Source: an uncultured Armatimonadetes bacterium (lineage in GTDB: Bacteria > Armatimonadota > UBA5829 > DTJY01). Taken from it: DNA of 64,000 nt. Of the stretch, positions 46,192-56,195 are shown piece after piece. The notes below the pieces were generated by a model, which saw only the letters and a list, made by a program, of their open reading frames with translations, did not search any database and was not told the origin of the DNA. The stretch spans positions 4,736,001-4,800,000 of the forward strand of contig OY970325.1 of assembly GCA_963717145.1 (NCBI GenBank). The letters are read 5' to 3'. How positions within the stretch are numbered: position 1 is the first letter of the stretch; each line of letters begins with the position of its first letter. Position numbers and translations under genes: made by a program.

Positions 46192-47263
46192 TGTCAAGTC
46201 CCACCACGTTGTGAACGGTAGTTCAGTAAGTCGGTAGGCTCTTTGATAAACAGATCTGGTCTTTGCGCGTACCAGTCGCAGACCTTCTCATAGGGTGTCT
46301 TGCCACCGATCGCGCTGTGCTGTCTCCTTAGATTGTAGATGGTCAGCCACTGGTGGAGTCCATCTATCAACTCCGGATATCCAGGATATCTGTGCATCTT
46401 GTACGTGCCCTCCTGGATCAGTCCGTTCATGCGTTCCACCAGACCGTTGGTCTTTGGTGTATACGGCCGGGTGAGCCTGTGTTCAATACCACAGGCTGAG
46501 CATACTTCATCAAAGAAGTGAGGTCTCTTCGCCGGACTGCCCCAACGGCTCCAATTGGCCAGAGTGAACTCTCTACCGTTGTCTGTCAGGATCTTGTGGA
46601 TCATGAACGGATAGAACCACATGCACAGTCCAAGGAAGCCCACTGCGGATTCCTTGGTTAGGTTGTCGTACACCTGGAGGAAGGCTAGCCTTGTTGCTCT
46701 GTCTACCGCAACGAAGCAATACTTCCTCTTGCCCCCGATCTTGGGCAGGTAGAAACAGTCTATGTGAAGGTATCCAGGCAGATACTCTTTGAACTTGCCT
46801 GGACTTTCTCTCTTTTCTTTTTGGTACTGGGGGAGTCTGCTCACCCCTTTTCTGCTCAGTAAGCGATGTATACTGGCGCGTTCTGCATTCGGCAGAACTG
46901 TGACTACTGCACGCACCAGTGCATCGAGTGCTAGACCTTTGTCCCGGAGCGAGAGGATGATCTCCTCCTCTTCGGGGCTGAATGCATAATGGATCTTCCT
47001 GGGCCGACTGCTGCGGTCTTGCTGGTCACCCCGGGCCTTCCATTTGCAGACTGTTGCCGGCGATACATGGCAGATATCTGCGAGCTTTCTGCAGCTCTTG
47101 GGACTCTGCCTGAAAAACCGCCGTTGCTTCATATTGCTGGTTGCGTTAGAATGGATCTGCATGCGAGTGGTCTCCTTTTTTGGTTTGGCGATCATCAAAG
47201 AGACTACCGCATGCACCTCCTTCTTTTCAACCCACGGTGTTCATAATGTCATGAGACTGGACA
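46192..47263 (-). mobile_element. Complete IS481-family insertion sequence
   Basis: TGT...ACA ends; 25-bp imperfect IRs (TGTCAAGTCCCACCACGTTGTGAAC versus TGTCCAGTCTCATGACATTATGAAC, 19/25); 6-bp TSD GTTGAT at 46186-46191 and 47264-47269. Confidence 0.95.
46194..47162 (-). CDS. IS481 family transposase
   Basis: MQIHSNA start, DRSSRP, PGYLHID, ILTDNGREF, TRPYTPKTNGLVERMN, YN..R.HSAIG. Confidence 0.93.
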   Translation of the reverse strand: MQIHSNATSNMKQRRFFRQSPKSCRKLADICHVSPATVCKWKARGDQQDRSSRPRKIHYAFSPEEEEIILSLRDKGLALDALVRAVVTVLPNAERASIHRLLSRKGVSRLPQYQKEKRESPGKFKEYLPGYLHIDCFYLPKIGGKRKYCFVAVDRATRLAFLQVYDNLTKESAVGFLGLCMWFYPFMIHKILTDNGREFTLANWSRWGSPAKRPHFFDEVCSACGIEHRLTRPYTPKTNGLVERMNGLIQEGTYKMHRYPGYPELIDGLHQWLTIYNLRRQHSAIGGKTPYEKVCDWYAQRPDLFIKEPTDLLNYRSQRGGT

Positions 47264-47345
47264 GTTGATGGTTAATGGCGGATGCGGATCCCTTCCCCAT
47301 TAACCATCAACCATTCCCCATCAACCATCTCCCCGAAAGGATGCT

Positions 47346-48281
47346 ATGAGCGTATACGTCGTGACCGGCGGAGCCGGTTTCATCGGATCGCACCTGGTCG
47401 ACCACCTGGTGGACCGGGGAGAGGATGTCCGCGTCCTCGATGACTTCTCGAGCGGCAAGATAGAGAACATCCGCCGGCATCTCGACAAGATCAGCCTCAT
47501 CGAAGGCAGCGTCGCGGACCCCGAGACGGTTCGCAAGGCCACGGAAGGCGCCGACTACGTGCTGCATCACGCCGCCATCGCCTCGGTCATCAACTCCATC
47601 GAAGACCCTCTCTCGTCCAATGACGTCAACCTGACCGGCACACTGAACGTCCTCATCGCCGCCAGGGATGCGGGCGTCCGGAGAGTGGTGCTCGCCACGT
47701 CGGCGGCGGTCTACGGCGATCTGCCCGGTCTCCCCAAGACGGAGGGCATGCCGACCGACTGCCTGTCGCCGTATGCCCTCACGAAGCTCGCCGGCGAGGA
47801 GTATTGCCGCATGTTCACGAGGCTCTATGGCCTCGAGACTGTGGCGCTCAGGTACTTCAACGTCTTCGGCCCGAGGCAGGATCCGAACTCCCAGTACGCT
47901 GCTGTGATCCCCAGATTCCTGACCAGAATGCTGAACGGCACGCCGCCGACCATCTTCGGCGACGGCCTGCAGTCTCGAGATTTCACTTATGTGTCCAACA
48001 ACGTGGACGCCAATATGCTCGCCTGCCGAACGCCGGGCATCGCCGGCGAGGTGTTCAACATCGCCTGCGGGGAGAGCTTCAACCTGCTCGATCTCGTGGC
48101 CGGGCTGAACGACGTCCTGGGCACGAGCATCGAACCGGTCTTCGAGCCGGCGAGGTCCGGAGAGTTGAAGCACTCCGTGGCTGGCATCGACAAGGCCCGG
48201 AAGCGGCTCGGATTCCCGCCGTCCATCGGATTTCGGGAAGGTCTCGAGAAGCTCGCCGCGTCGTTCAAGGATGGGCAGTAG
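47346..48281 (+). CDS. NAD-dependent epimerase/dehydratase (UDP-Glc/GlcNAc 4-epimerase-like SDR)
   Basis: VTGGAGFIGSH, YALTK, LRYFNVFGPRQDP, GDGLQSRDF. Confidence 0.93.
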   Translation: MSVYVVTGGAGFIGSHLVDHLVDRGEDVRVLDDFSSGKIENIRRHLDKISLIEGSVADPETVRKATEGADYVLHHAAIASVINSIEDPLSSNDVNLTGTLNVLIAARDAGVRRVVLATSAAVYGDLPGLPKTEGMPTDCLSPYALTKLAGEEYCRMFTRLYGLETVALRYFNVFGPRQDPNSQYAAVIPRFLTRMLNGTPPTIFGDGLQSRDFTYVSNNVDANMLACRTPGIAGEVFNIACGESFNLLDLVAGLNDVLGTSIEPVFEPARSGELKHSVAGIDKARKRLGFPPSIGFREGLEKLAASFKDGQ

Positions 48282-48540
48282 TTTTCGGTGCGTCATCGTC
48301 CCCGGTTCGACGACCCAGCAGGAATACAAGGAACCCTGGGACGATGAGTTGCGTAAATTCAAGTGAGCATTCTGCAGATTCAAGGCACTCAGTTCTCCAG
48401 CCAGAGTCAGGAAAGGCCATAATGTTTATAGAGAAAGCCGGTATATTTACCAGGATGTCCGCCGTTCCATCTCGTACAGGTACAGCGGATGTCTCTTTCC
48501 GGCTGTGCTGCCTCGTGTCTCCTTATTCGGAGGGAGTCGG

Positions 48541-49548
48541 ATGATGAAACGCATATCTGTCATATCGCTTTTACCTTTATTGCTGCTCGCACTGGTCGCG
48601 GGGGCGTGGGCGCAAGATGAGCCGTCGATGGCTACGACGCCGATGGCGATCGAGCCCTCGGCCGAATTGCAGCCAGTGCAAGAGTCGCCGACACCTGTGA
48701 CCGAAGCGCTTCCCGTCCAGTATCGCCTGCAGACCGAGGACATTATGAGGATCACGGTCTGGGGCGAGCAGAACCTCACTGGAGAGCACATGGTTGACCC
48801 GGAGGGCAATATCAGCCTTTCGCTGCTGGGCCAGGTGCATGTGGGCGGCTTGACCGTGGCTGAGCTGGTAGACACACTTCGTAAGGGGCTCGACACCTGG
48901 CTGGTAGATCCCAAGATCGAGATCACGATCACCAAATTCCGACAGCCGAAAGTCCACGTGCTCGGCGAAGTCAACAGGCCGGGCGTCCACGAGTTCAAGA
49001 TGGGCGACAGGGTCATGGAAGCGATCGCGCTGGCGGGAAGCTTCCGGGAAACGTCTTACCTCAAGGGCGCCACACTGACCCGCAAGGGCCAGATCGATTC
49101 GGTGCCTCTCGATCTTCATAGCCTGTTTCTTGCGGGCGACATGTCGAAGAACCTGGAACTCAAGGATGGGGACGCCATCTATATCCCCGAGGACACTACC
49201 AACAAGTTCTATGTACTGGGTGAAGTGCAGCGTCCCGGTCAGTTCAAGCTCAAGGAGAACATGACCGTCATGGATGCCATCACAACTGCAAGCGGCCCGA
49301 CTCCGAGAGGGATATTGAAAGGCACCGTCGTGATTCGAGGAGGTATTGATCCCTCGAAACCGTCTGAGCGCATCAAGCTCGATCTGGGGAAGTTCATCGG
49401 CAAGGCTGATCTGACTCAGAACATCAAGCTGCTTCCGGGCGACGTAGTGTATGTCCCGGAGACTACCAAACCTGACTGGAGCAAGGTATCTCAGATCATC
49501 TCCGCCCTTTTCAACTCCAGCTACCTGTTCCGCATGCTGGGGCTGTAA
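48541..49548 (+). CDS. Polysaccharide export protein (Wza/OPX family, SLBB repeats)
   Basis: Signal peptide, poly_export domain (YRL..ED...ITVWGE, VDPEGNISL), two VLGEV.RPG SLBB repeats. Confidence 0.9.
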   Translation: MMKRISVISLLPLLLLALVAGAWAQDEPSMATTPMAIEPSAELQPVQESPTPVTEALPVQYRLQTEDIMRITVWGEQNLTGEHMVDPEGNISLSLLGQVHVGGLTVAELVDTLRKGLDTWLVDPKIEITITKFRQPKVHVLGEVNRPGVHEFKMGDRVMEAIALAGSFRETSYLKGATLTRKGQIDSVPLDLHSLFLAGDMSKNLELKDGDAIYIPEDTTNKFYVLGEVQRPGQFKLKENMTVMDAITTASGPTPRGILKGTVVIRGGIDPSKPSERIKLDLGKFIGKADLTQNIKLLPGDVVYVPETTKPDWSKVSQIISALFNSSYLFRMLGL

Positions 49549-49584
49549 GCAGGGTTGCGATCCTGTAAGTAGGAGGAAGCTCGA

Positions 49585-51744
49585 TTGGAACTCTGGCAAT
49601 ATTATAGGATACTCCGGAAGCGCAAATGGCTGATCGTCATCGGCACATTGATCTGTGTCGGGATCGTCGTGGTGGCCAACCACTTCACGCCTCAGATGTG
49701 GGAAGCCTGGACGACCGTCATGGAGAAGATGCCGGGCGATGACAAGGTTTCCATCTACAACGCGCCGTATGCCATACAGATGGACCCGAAGATGCGTCTA
49801 TCCAACCTGGGCCAGCTCGTCAAGAGCCAGACGGTCATGCAGCGATCAGTGGAAACCCTCTACCGCCTCGGGATTGTCGCGAAACCTGAGTCGGTTGTCG
49901 GCACACTGGATGTGACGCCTGTGCTCGATACGGTGATGCTCCGAATCATCGTTCGGTCGGATACTCAGGCAGAATCAGAGGCGACGGCAAACGTCGTCAC
50001 TGCTGAATTCGTCAAATTCTATAATGAGATGAATTATGGGGGGACAACCCACACGAAGCAGTTCATCAAGCGCGAGTTGCCGAAGGTCGAGAAGCGACTG
50101 ACGGAAGCTCGGGAAGCCAGCCGCAAGTACAAAGAGGACACCGGCGCTGTCATGCTGACACAGCAGACCAGCACCCTGATCCAGAAGCTGGCGCAGCTCG
50201 AGACACAGCTATCGCAGTACCAGGTGCAGTCCGTGCAGGCGCGCGGCAAAGCCGAGAGCCTTGAAAAAAAGCTCGCGGATCAGAAGCAGTTCCCGGCGCT
50301 TCGAGATGCTCAGACGACAGTGGCCAGCAATCCGGTCTGGCAGTCGCTCAGGATCGAGCTTTCCAAGCAAGAGATCGAGATGCAGAAGATGCTGCGCGAT
50401 CGGAAGCCGGCTCACCCCGAGGTCATGGCTCTTCAGAATGCGATTGATGAGAACAAGAAGAAGCTGGTAGAAGCGGGGGAAACGGCTCTCAGCAGCACGG
50501 TCACCGCGAACAATCCTGTATACGACAGTCTCATCCAGAACTATGTAGCGGCTGCAGCGGAAGCGATTGCGATGGAAATGGCTCGGGTGGCTGCGGAGGG
50601 GGAGATAGCGGTCGTAAAACCAAAGCTGCAGAAGCTTCCCGCCGAGGAAGCCAAACTCGCTCAGTTGACTCTCGATGAGGACGCTGCCAAGAACACATAC
50701 ACCCTTCTGCGACAGAAGCTCGACGAGGCAACTATCAGAGAGCAGGAAGCCGCAAATGTCACTTCGATCCAAGTTGTGGACCAGGCGCGATCGGGCCCGG
50801 CTGATCCTCGTAAGACGCTGAAGCTGCTCCTGGCCTTACTCCTGGCTCCGATCCTCTGCGCCGGCATAGCGTTCCTTATGAACTACCTGGACAATACCGT
50901 TAAGACACCCGAAGAAGCAGAGGCTTTGCTCAACATGCCGGTTTTTGCGGTAGTCCCGATGGCCAGGTCTCATTCACTGTCCGATAGGAAGCACGTGTCG
51001 GCAGTGATCGGTTCTTCTTACCAGATGCTCTCCACCAATCTCTGGATAAGTCATGCGGAGATGCAGGGACACACAATCCTGGTGGCGAGCGCCGAGCCGG
51101 ATGTCGGCAGATCGACTACGGCCGCGAATCTGGCCATCTCGCTGGCCAGAGACGGCGCTAGAGTCATCCTGGTAGACAGTGACCTCAGACAGCCGTCGCA
51201 GCATGAATTCTTCGAGGTGGTCAACGAGAAGGGACTCAGCAACATCCTGGCCGGTCAGTTGGCCCTCAAGGATGCCCTGCAGCCGACTTCCGTGACGGAC
51301 CTGCTGTTGATTCCCGCTGGGCCGTTGCCTGCGAACCCAGTCAGGATGTTCCGCTCGCCTGAGATGGCGAGATTCGTCAAAGAGATCAATGAACTGGCCG
51401 ATTTCGTGATATTCGACAGCCCGTCGGGCGCAGCATTTGCCGATGCCACCCTGCTGGCAGTACTGGTCAAGAATGTCGTCATCGTCCATGCCGCTGGGAG
51501 TGTGCCGAGAGGTGCGGAGGCGGAGTTCAACGCCCGACTGGCACAGATAGATTCGAACCTCCTCGGCGCCGTGTTGAATATGGTCAAGCCGGAGGACAGT
51601 CACGGCTACTACCACTTCAAGGCAGCTTACGAGGAGACCACTGGCAATGGCAAGCATGCTGGCGCTCTGCCCCTGGGGCGTATCTCAGAAGTGGCCGATG
51701 ATTCCCCGAAGCAGGAAGTAGGGGCCGGCAATACCGAGACGTAA
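49585..51744 (+). CDS. Polysaccharide co-polymerase / BY-kinase (Wzc-like) with variant Walker A
   Basis: Wzz-like N-terminus, coiled coil, TM, YLDNTV, kinase domain AEPDVGRST / VDSDLR / FDSP, few C-terminal Tyr. TTG start with AGGAGG. Confidence 0.9.
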   Translation: MELWQYYRILRKRKWLIVIGTLICVGIVVVANHFTPQMWEAWTTVMEKMPGDDKVSIYNAPYAIQMDPKMRLSNLGQLVKSQTVMQRSVETLYRLGIVAKPESVVGTLDVTPVLDTVMLRIIVRSDTQAESEATANVVTAEFVKFYNEMNYGGTTHTKQFIKRELPKVEKRLTEAREASRKYKEDTGAVMLTQQTSTLIQKLAQLETQLSQYQVQSVQARGKAESLEKKLADQKQFPALRDAQTTVASNPVWQSLRIELSKQEIEMQKMLRDRKPAHPEVMALQNAIDENKKKLVEAGETALSSTVTANNPVYDSLIQNYVAAAAEAIAMEMARVAAEGEIAVVKPKLQKLPAEEAKLAQLTLDEDAAKNTYTLLRQKLDEATIREQEAANVTSIQVVDQARSGPADPRKTLKLLLALLLAPILCAGIAFLMNYLDNTVKTPEEAEALLNMPVFAVVPMARSHSLSDRKHVSAVIGSSYQMLSTNLWISHAEMQGHTILVASAEPDVGRSTTAANLAISLARDGARVILVDSDLRQPSQHEFFEVVNEKGLSNILAGQLALKDALQPTSVTDLLLIPAGPLPANPVRMFRSPEMARFVKEINELADFVIFDSPSGAAFADATLLAVLVKNVVIVHAAGSVPRGAEAEFNARLAQIDSNLLGAVLNMVKPEDSHGYYHFKAAYEETTGNGKHAGALPLGRISEVADDSPKQEVGAGNTET

Positions 51745-51756
51745 TCGGAGCAATAC

Positions 51757-52455
51757 ATGAGCTTAGGATCGGAAGAACAACGTTCCATGAATAAGGCGGT
51801 TGCACAGTCTGCCGACGAACCGAGGGCAGTTCTGCCCGTACCACACTTGTCGATGTACGAGCTTGCGGTCAAGCGCATGATCGACATCGCAATATCACTG
51901 GTCGCGGTGTTGGTCTTGATCCCGCTGGCCGCGGTGGTCGCCGTCGCTATCAAGCTGGACTCCAGAGGGCCTGTGCTCTTCAAGCAGGCGAGGGTCGGTC
52001 GGAATGGTAGACTGTTTACGCTCTACAAGTTTCGATCGATGCACGAGAATGCGGACCAGATCAAGCAGAGCCTGGGCCACATGAATGAAGCCGAGGGTCC
52101 AGTCTTCAAGATCAAGCGTGATCCCAGGATCACGAAGATAGGGGCCTTCATTCGGAAGTTCAGCCTGGACGAGTTGCCTCAGTTCATGAATGTGCTGAGC
52201 GGCGAGATGAGCCTGGTTGGTCCGAGACCGCCGCTTCCCCAGGAGGTCGAGAGGTATACCGACTACCAGAGGGGACGCCTCGCCGTGAAGCCTGGGCTAA
52301 CCTGCCTGTGGCAGGTGCAGGGACGGAGCAGCGTATCATTCGATCGCTGGGTCGAGCTTGACCTGGAATACATCCGCAGGCAGTCCCTGTGGCTGGACCT
52401 GACGATCATGCTGAAGACGATACCCGCAGTACTGAAGGGTACAGGGGCTTGGTAA
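51757..52455 (+). CDS. Priming undecaprenyl-phosphate sugar-1-phosphate transferase
   Basis: KRMIDI, GPVLFKQ.RVG, KFRSM, DPRIT, SLDELPQ, MSLVGPRP, KPGLT. Confidence 0.95.
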   Translation: MSLGSEEQRSMNKAVAQSADEPRAVLPVPHLSMYELAVKRMIDIAISLVAVLVLIPLAAVVAVAIKLDSRGPVLFKQARVGRNGRLFTLYKFRSMHENADQIKQSLGHMNEAEGPVFKIKRDPRITKIGAFIRKFSLDELPQFMNVLSGEMSLVGPRPPLPQEVERYTDYQRGRLAVKPGLTCLWQVQGRSSVSFDRWVELDLEYIRRQSLWLDLTIMLKTIPAVLKGTGAW

Positions 52456-52533
52456 GCGTGAGTTTTGTTGCCTGCTCGATTGAGCGATCCTGGGCCAATG
52501 GGGTGTATCGGCCCGGGGTGGAGAGGTATCCGC

Positions 52534-53451
52534 ATGACAACCACTGATTCCATTAGAGGTATAGGTAAAGAGGAGCATTCACCCGAACGGGAGGCCACGA
52601 TCAGCAGTCTCGGCCGGTTGGACTACGTCATCGTGGCTGTGCTTGCAGGACTGGTCGCCTGGATCTACATGCCGAGCTTCAGATGGTGGTATGACGCATG
52701 GATGGCCAAGGAGAGTTCATACTCTCACGGCATACTTATCCCCATTATCGTGGGCTTCATTGTGTGGCTCAAGAGGAAGGCTATTCTGGCAACTCCGGTC
52801 AAGCCGTGTGCGTGGGGGTATGCGGTACTAGTGCCTGCGTTGTTCCTGGTGCTCTTCTCGGCTGTTGCCAACTCAGCAAGCGTTCGAGGCCTCTTATTCC
52901 CCATCGTGATCGGGGGGCTGGTACTGGTGTTGCTGGGGAAAGCAATGTTGAAGCAACTCGTGTTCCCCATATTCTACCTGTACTTCATGTGTGTACTGCC
53001 TGGTCACCTGTTGGCGCCCATGTCATTCCGCATACAGATGCTCTCCACCGCCGGGGCCGCTATGATCCTCAAAGGAATAGGACTCGGTGTCACTCAGGCC
53101 GGCCAGATCATAACGATGCCGAATGGAGTCGAGGCGCAGGTCGCAGAGGCATGCAGTGGCTTCCGTCTTCTCATCTCGCTCTTCGCGTTTTCAGTCTTGT
53201 TTGCGTTTCTGAAAGAGGGGCCGTTGTGGGGACGGCTCTCGCTCATCGCGGTGACGGCGCCGCTAAGTCTCGTGGCGAACTCAGTAAGGATAGCGCTGGT
53301 ATGCATGGTCGGTGAGTATGGGGGAGTGGATGCGATGCATTCGTTTCACGACTACTCAGGCTATCTCGTTCTGCTGCTGGCCTTCATTGTTCTTCCCCAG
53401 ATCGCGAGGTTGGTGAAATGTCAAAATTTCAACTCCATGCTCTCATCATGA
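52534..53451 (+). CDS. Exosortase (EpsH family)
   Basis: YSHG, VAEACSG (catalytic Cys), ANSVR (Arg), FHD (His); about 8 TMs. Confidence 0.92.
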   Translation: MTTTDSIRGIGKEEHSPEREATISSLGRLDYVIVAVLAGLVAWIYMPSFRWWYDAWMAKESSYSHGILIPIIVGFIVWLKRKAILATPVKPCAWGYAVLVPALFLVLFSAVANSASVRGLLFPIVIGGLVLVLLGKAMLKQLVFPIFYLYFMCVLPGHLLAPMSFRIQMLSTAGAAMILKGIGLGVTQAGQIITMPNGVEAQVAEACSGFRLLISLFAFSVLFAFLKEGPLWGRLSLIAVTAPLSLVANSVRIALVCMVGEYGGVDAMHSFHDYSGYLVLLLAFIVLPQIARLVKCQNFNSMLSS

Positions 53452-54077
53452 TCGTCCTGTGTGCCCTGACTCTTGCCGGCACGAAGGCAGTCGCTCCGAC
53501 GAAGACAGGTAGGGTTACCACCGATTTCTCTGCGATTCCGTTCGAATTCGCCGGTTGGACTACCCTGGACGATCCCGGTTTCGACGACGAGTCGAAGCGG
53601 CTGCTACCGTCCAGTAGCCTGATGCGCCGCTTCTACGAGCATTCCGATTACGATGGCGCCGTTGAGCTTGCCATAGTCTACGGAGCGGATCTGGGCAATT
53701 TCCATCAGCCCGAGATATGTCTCGAAGGACAAGGTTGGCGTGGTCAGTCGAGCCGTATGGTGCGAATCAAGAATACCGACGGATCATCATTCGATGCAAT
53801 GAGCCTGATCATGACACACGAGGCGCAAGGCAGAACGGCCTTTCTGTACTGGTTCATGTCCGAAGGTACGATCTCAACTTCTCTCGGGAACTACAAGACG
53901 AAGGTATTGGTCAATCGTCTGATGCTGCGGGAGGTTCATCCCTCCGCCATGATCAGGCTGTCAGCCCCTGCGGCCAACGGCGATGAGGACGCGACGAAGC
54001 AGCTCATCGGTTTCGCAGATGCGGCACTGCCATTCCTGAAGAAGGAATTCGTGCGACCGACTGTGGGCATGGACTGA
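53418..54077 (+). CDS. Exosortase-associated EpsI family protein
   Basis: IP..F.GW, HQPEICL.GQGW, LYWF; overlaps the exosortase gene. Confidence 0.88.
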   Translation: MSKFQLHALIMIVLCALTLAGTKAVAPTKTGRVTTDFSAIPFEFAGWTTLDDPGFDDESKRLLPSSSLMRRFYEHSDYDGAVELAIVYGADLGNFHQPEICLEGQGWRGQSSRMVRIKNTDGSSFDAMSLIMTHEAQGRTAFLYWFMSEGTISTSLGNYKTKVLVNRLMLREVHPSAMIRLSAPAANGDEDATKQLIGFADAALPFLKKEFVRPTVGMD

Positions 54078-54217
54078 TGCCGTGGATCTGAAGTCCGCGA
54101 TAGATCATCGTTCCGTGAGTTGACGAGGGGCTCTCATCAGCAGATATGGGTGAGGCAGAGTCGCCTGTGGGCGATGCGGAATGAGCGCGTGGCGTAACAA
54201 TCGGAGTTGCCAAACCT

Positions 54218-56077
54218 TTGAGTGTCAAACGATTTCGAGCCCGAAGAGCCTGGCATAGAAGGCTTATTCGGAGAGTGCTCAATTTCATATGGGTCAGGAT
54301 TGTTGTAGCGGGACGATTCATCGCTGGTTCCTCTCTTGTTCGTCGGATCGTTCGGCTGCGTGCAGTTCGTGTTGTGCGATGGCTGCTGGTCTTTCTGTGG
54401 AGTCGGCTCATGTGGCCGGCTTGGCGATGGTCCTCGCGGTCGATAGGCTTGGCACGTCGCTCTCTGGGCAAGCACGAGGTATGGTACTGGCTGGTTGCCT
54501 GGGCCTGCTGCGGCGGTCTTGCGTACGCGATTCTGCAGCTACCCCCGACCAAAGTGTTCACACTCGTATTCGGCCTCATTGCCTTGGCGGTTTTCGTACG
54601 GCGATTAGAGTTGGGGATAGTTGCAGTGATGGTTTTCGTCGCCAGTTTCATCCACCATGCTTCCCTGCCGAAACTCGCACTTGGCGGAATGGGTCCTAAT
54701 TCACCCGAGTTACTCGTCATCATCATGCTCGGCATCGTATTCCTCCACTCGTGCAGGCACCGCAAGGTTCGGCTGTTCCAGAGCCCGATCACCCTGCCGC
54801 TCCTTCTGCTATATGTAGCTGTTATGATGTCTATGGTCGAATCATTCAGGTTATTCAAGACCAGAAATGAGGCGGACCTCTTCTCACTCAGCCAGATCTA
54901 TAGCAACGCTCGCCCGATGTTCTACTATGCTTTCTTCTTTGTGGTTGCATTTGGGATACAGACTCAGCGACAACTCAGATTTGTGCTCAGGACCGTCGTC
55001 TGGATAGGCGCGATCGTTTCTGTGATGATAGTTCTGCAATCCTATCTGGGGCCACACGGCAAGAACCTGTTCATTGGCGGACAATTTCAGCAATCATACA
55101 CGGAGTCCTTTTCACCTGACCAGCAGGAGATAGCTCGCTCGATCCCCCCTGGGCTAGCACCCATATGCATCTTTTTCCTTGTTACCATAGCGGCTGCCGG
55201 ATATCAGAAATCTCGCGCGGCCATTATCAGTTCTATGGCGGCGGTTATTCTCGGCGTGGGAGTCATCTTCAGTTTCTACAGGAGCTTCATGATCAGCAGT
55301 CTGCTGGGGATATTTATCATGTGGCTGGCATCGGGCGCCGAGGCAAAGCGCCGGTTGATGGTCTATGGCACAGTAGTGGTACTTGTGACCGTGTTGGGGA
55401 CGATCACGATTGGGACATTCGTCCAAGCGGGCACGGGATCGAAAGTAGTGAGCTTGGTTACCTTGAGATTCGTCTCCCTCTTCACAACGGAGACCTACGC
55501 TGTGGACGAGTCGTATCGGAACCGAGTGCGGGAGGACCGTGAAGCGATTGAGAATATCAAGCGGAGCCCCATCATCGGTATCGGCTCCGGAACGCCGCGT
55601 CAATACCTTCACTGGACTCGGCCGGGCACGTATACCCAATTATTATATCCAATCTTTTATATCCATAACAGCTATCTGGAGTTGTGGGAGATATACGGTC
55701 TCCTCGGAATCGTCAGCTTCCTCTGGATTTCCATAGCCTTTCTGATAAGGTCGTTCGTCGTGTTCAGGCGTGTGCCGCACCCGTCATGGAAGGCGGTTGC
55801 CATCGGATGCTTCGCGGGCTATATCGGGTTCCTGATCAGGTCGATCACGCAGCCTCATATCATGCACGACGTCTACTACATCGTGACGGCCGCTCTGGTG
55901 TGGGGGATCATAGAAGTAATCTCACGGTTGCACGACGAAGGTCAGCTCACGGAAGGGAATGAGGATCCGGTCACGTCCGCATCCAGCGAGGTTCCGGCGC
56001 TTCCGCGGCCCGGCGCAAGGCTCAGAGGCCGGGTAGGCCTCCCGCAACGCGCTTTCATGCGAGGCCGTAGCGCGTAG
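54218..56077 (+). CDS. O-antigen ligase/polymerase (Wzy/WaaL) family
   Basis: Many TMs, SFYRS, S...R..E, PIIGIG.G, HNSYL...GLLG. Start uncertain (Arg-rich N-terminus). Confidence 0.85.
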   Translation: MSVKRFRARRAWHRRLIRRVLNFIWVRIVVAGRFIAGSSLVRRIVRLRAVRVVRWLLVFLWSRLMWPAWRWSSRSIGLARRSLGKHEVWYWLVAWACCGGLAYAILQLPPTKVFTLVFGLIALAVFVRRLELGIVAVMVFVASFIHHASLPKLALGGMGPNSPELLVIIMLGIVFLHSCRHRKVRLFQSPITLPLLLLYVAVMMSMVESFRLFKTRNEADLFSLSQIYSNARPMFYYAFFFVVAFGIQTQRQLRFVLRTVVWIGAIVSVMIVLQSYLGPHGKNLFIGGQFQQSYTESFSPDQQEIARSIPPGLAPICIFFLVTIAAAGYQKSRAAIISSMAAVILGVGVIFSFYRSFMISSLLGIFIMWLASGAEAKRRLMVYGTVVVLVTVLGTITIGTFVQAGTGSKVVSLVTLRFVSLFTTETYAVDESYRNRVREDREAIENIKRSPIIGIGSGTPRQYLHWTRPGTYTQLLYPIFYIHNSYLELWEIYGLLGIVSFLWISIAFLIRSFVVFRRVPHPSWKAVAIGCFAGYIGFLIRSITQPHIMHDVYYIVTAALVWGIIEVISRLHDEGQLTEGNEDPVTSASSEVPALPRPGARLRGRVGLPQRAFMRGRSA

Positions 56078-56195
56078 GAGATTCGGAATCACTCCTACAC
56101 CGGGTGGTTTTGAGCGATGGAACAGCGCCCATTGGGCCCAATGTCCTCGAATCCACCACACTTGGCATACAGCCATAGGATACGGTCACACAGCC

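Noticed and set aside
56100-56170. Weak palindromes in EPS intergenic regions (also about 52490 and 57673)
   Set aside because: Short, single-copy and degenerate; cannot be assigned to a repeat family or called as terminators with confidence.
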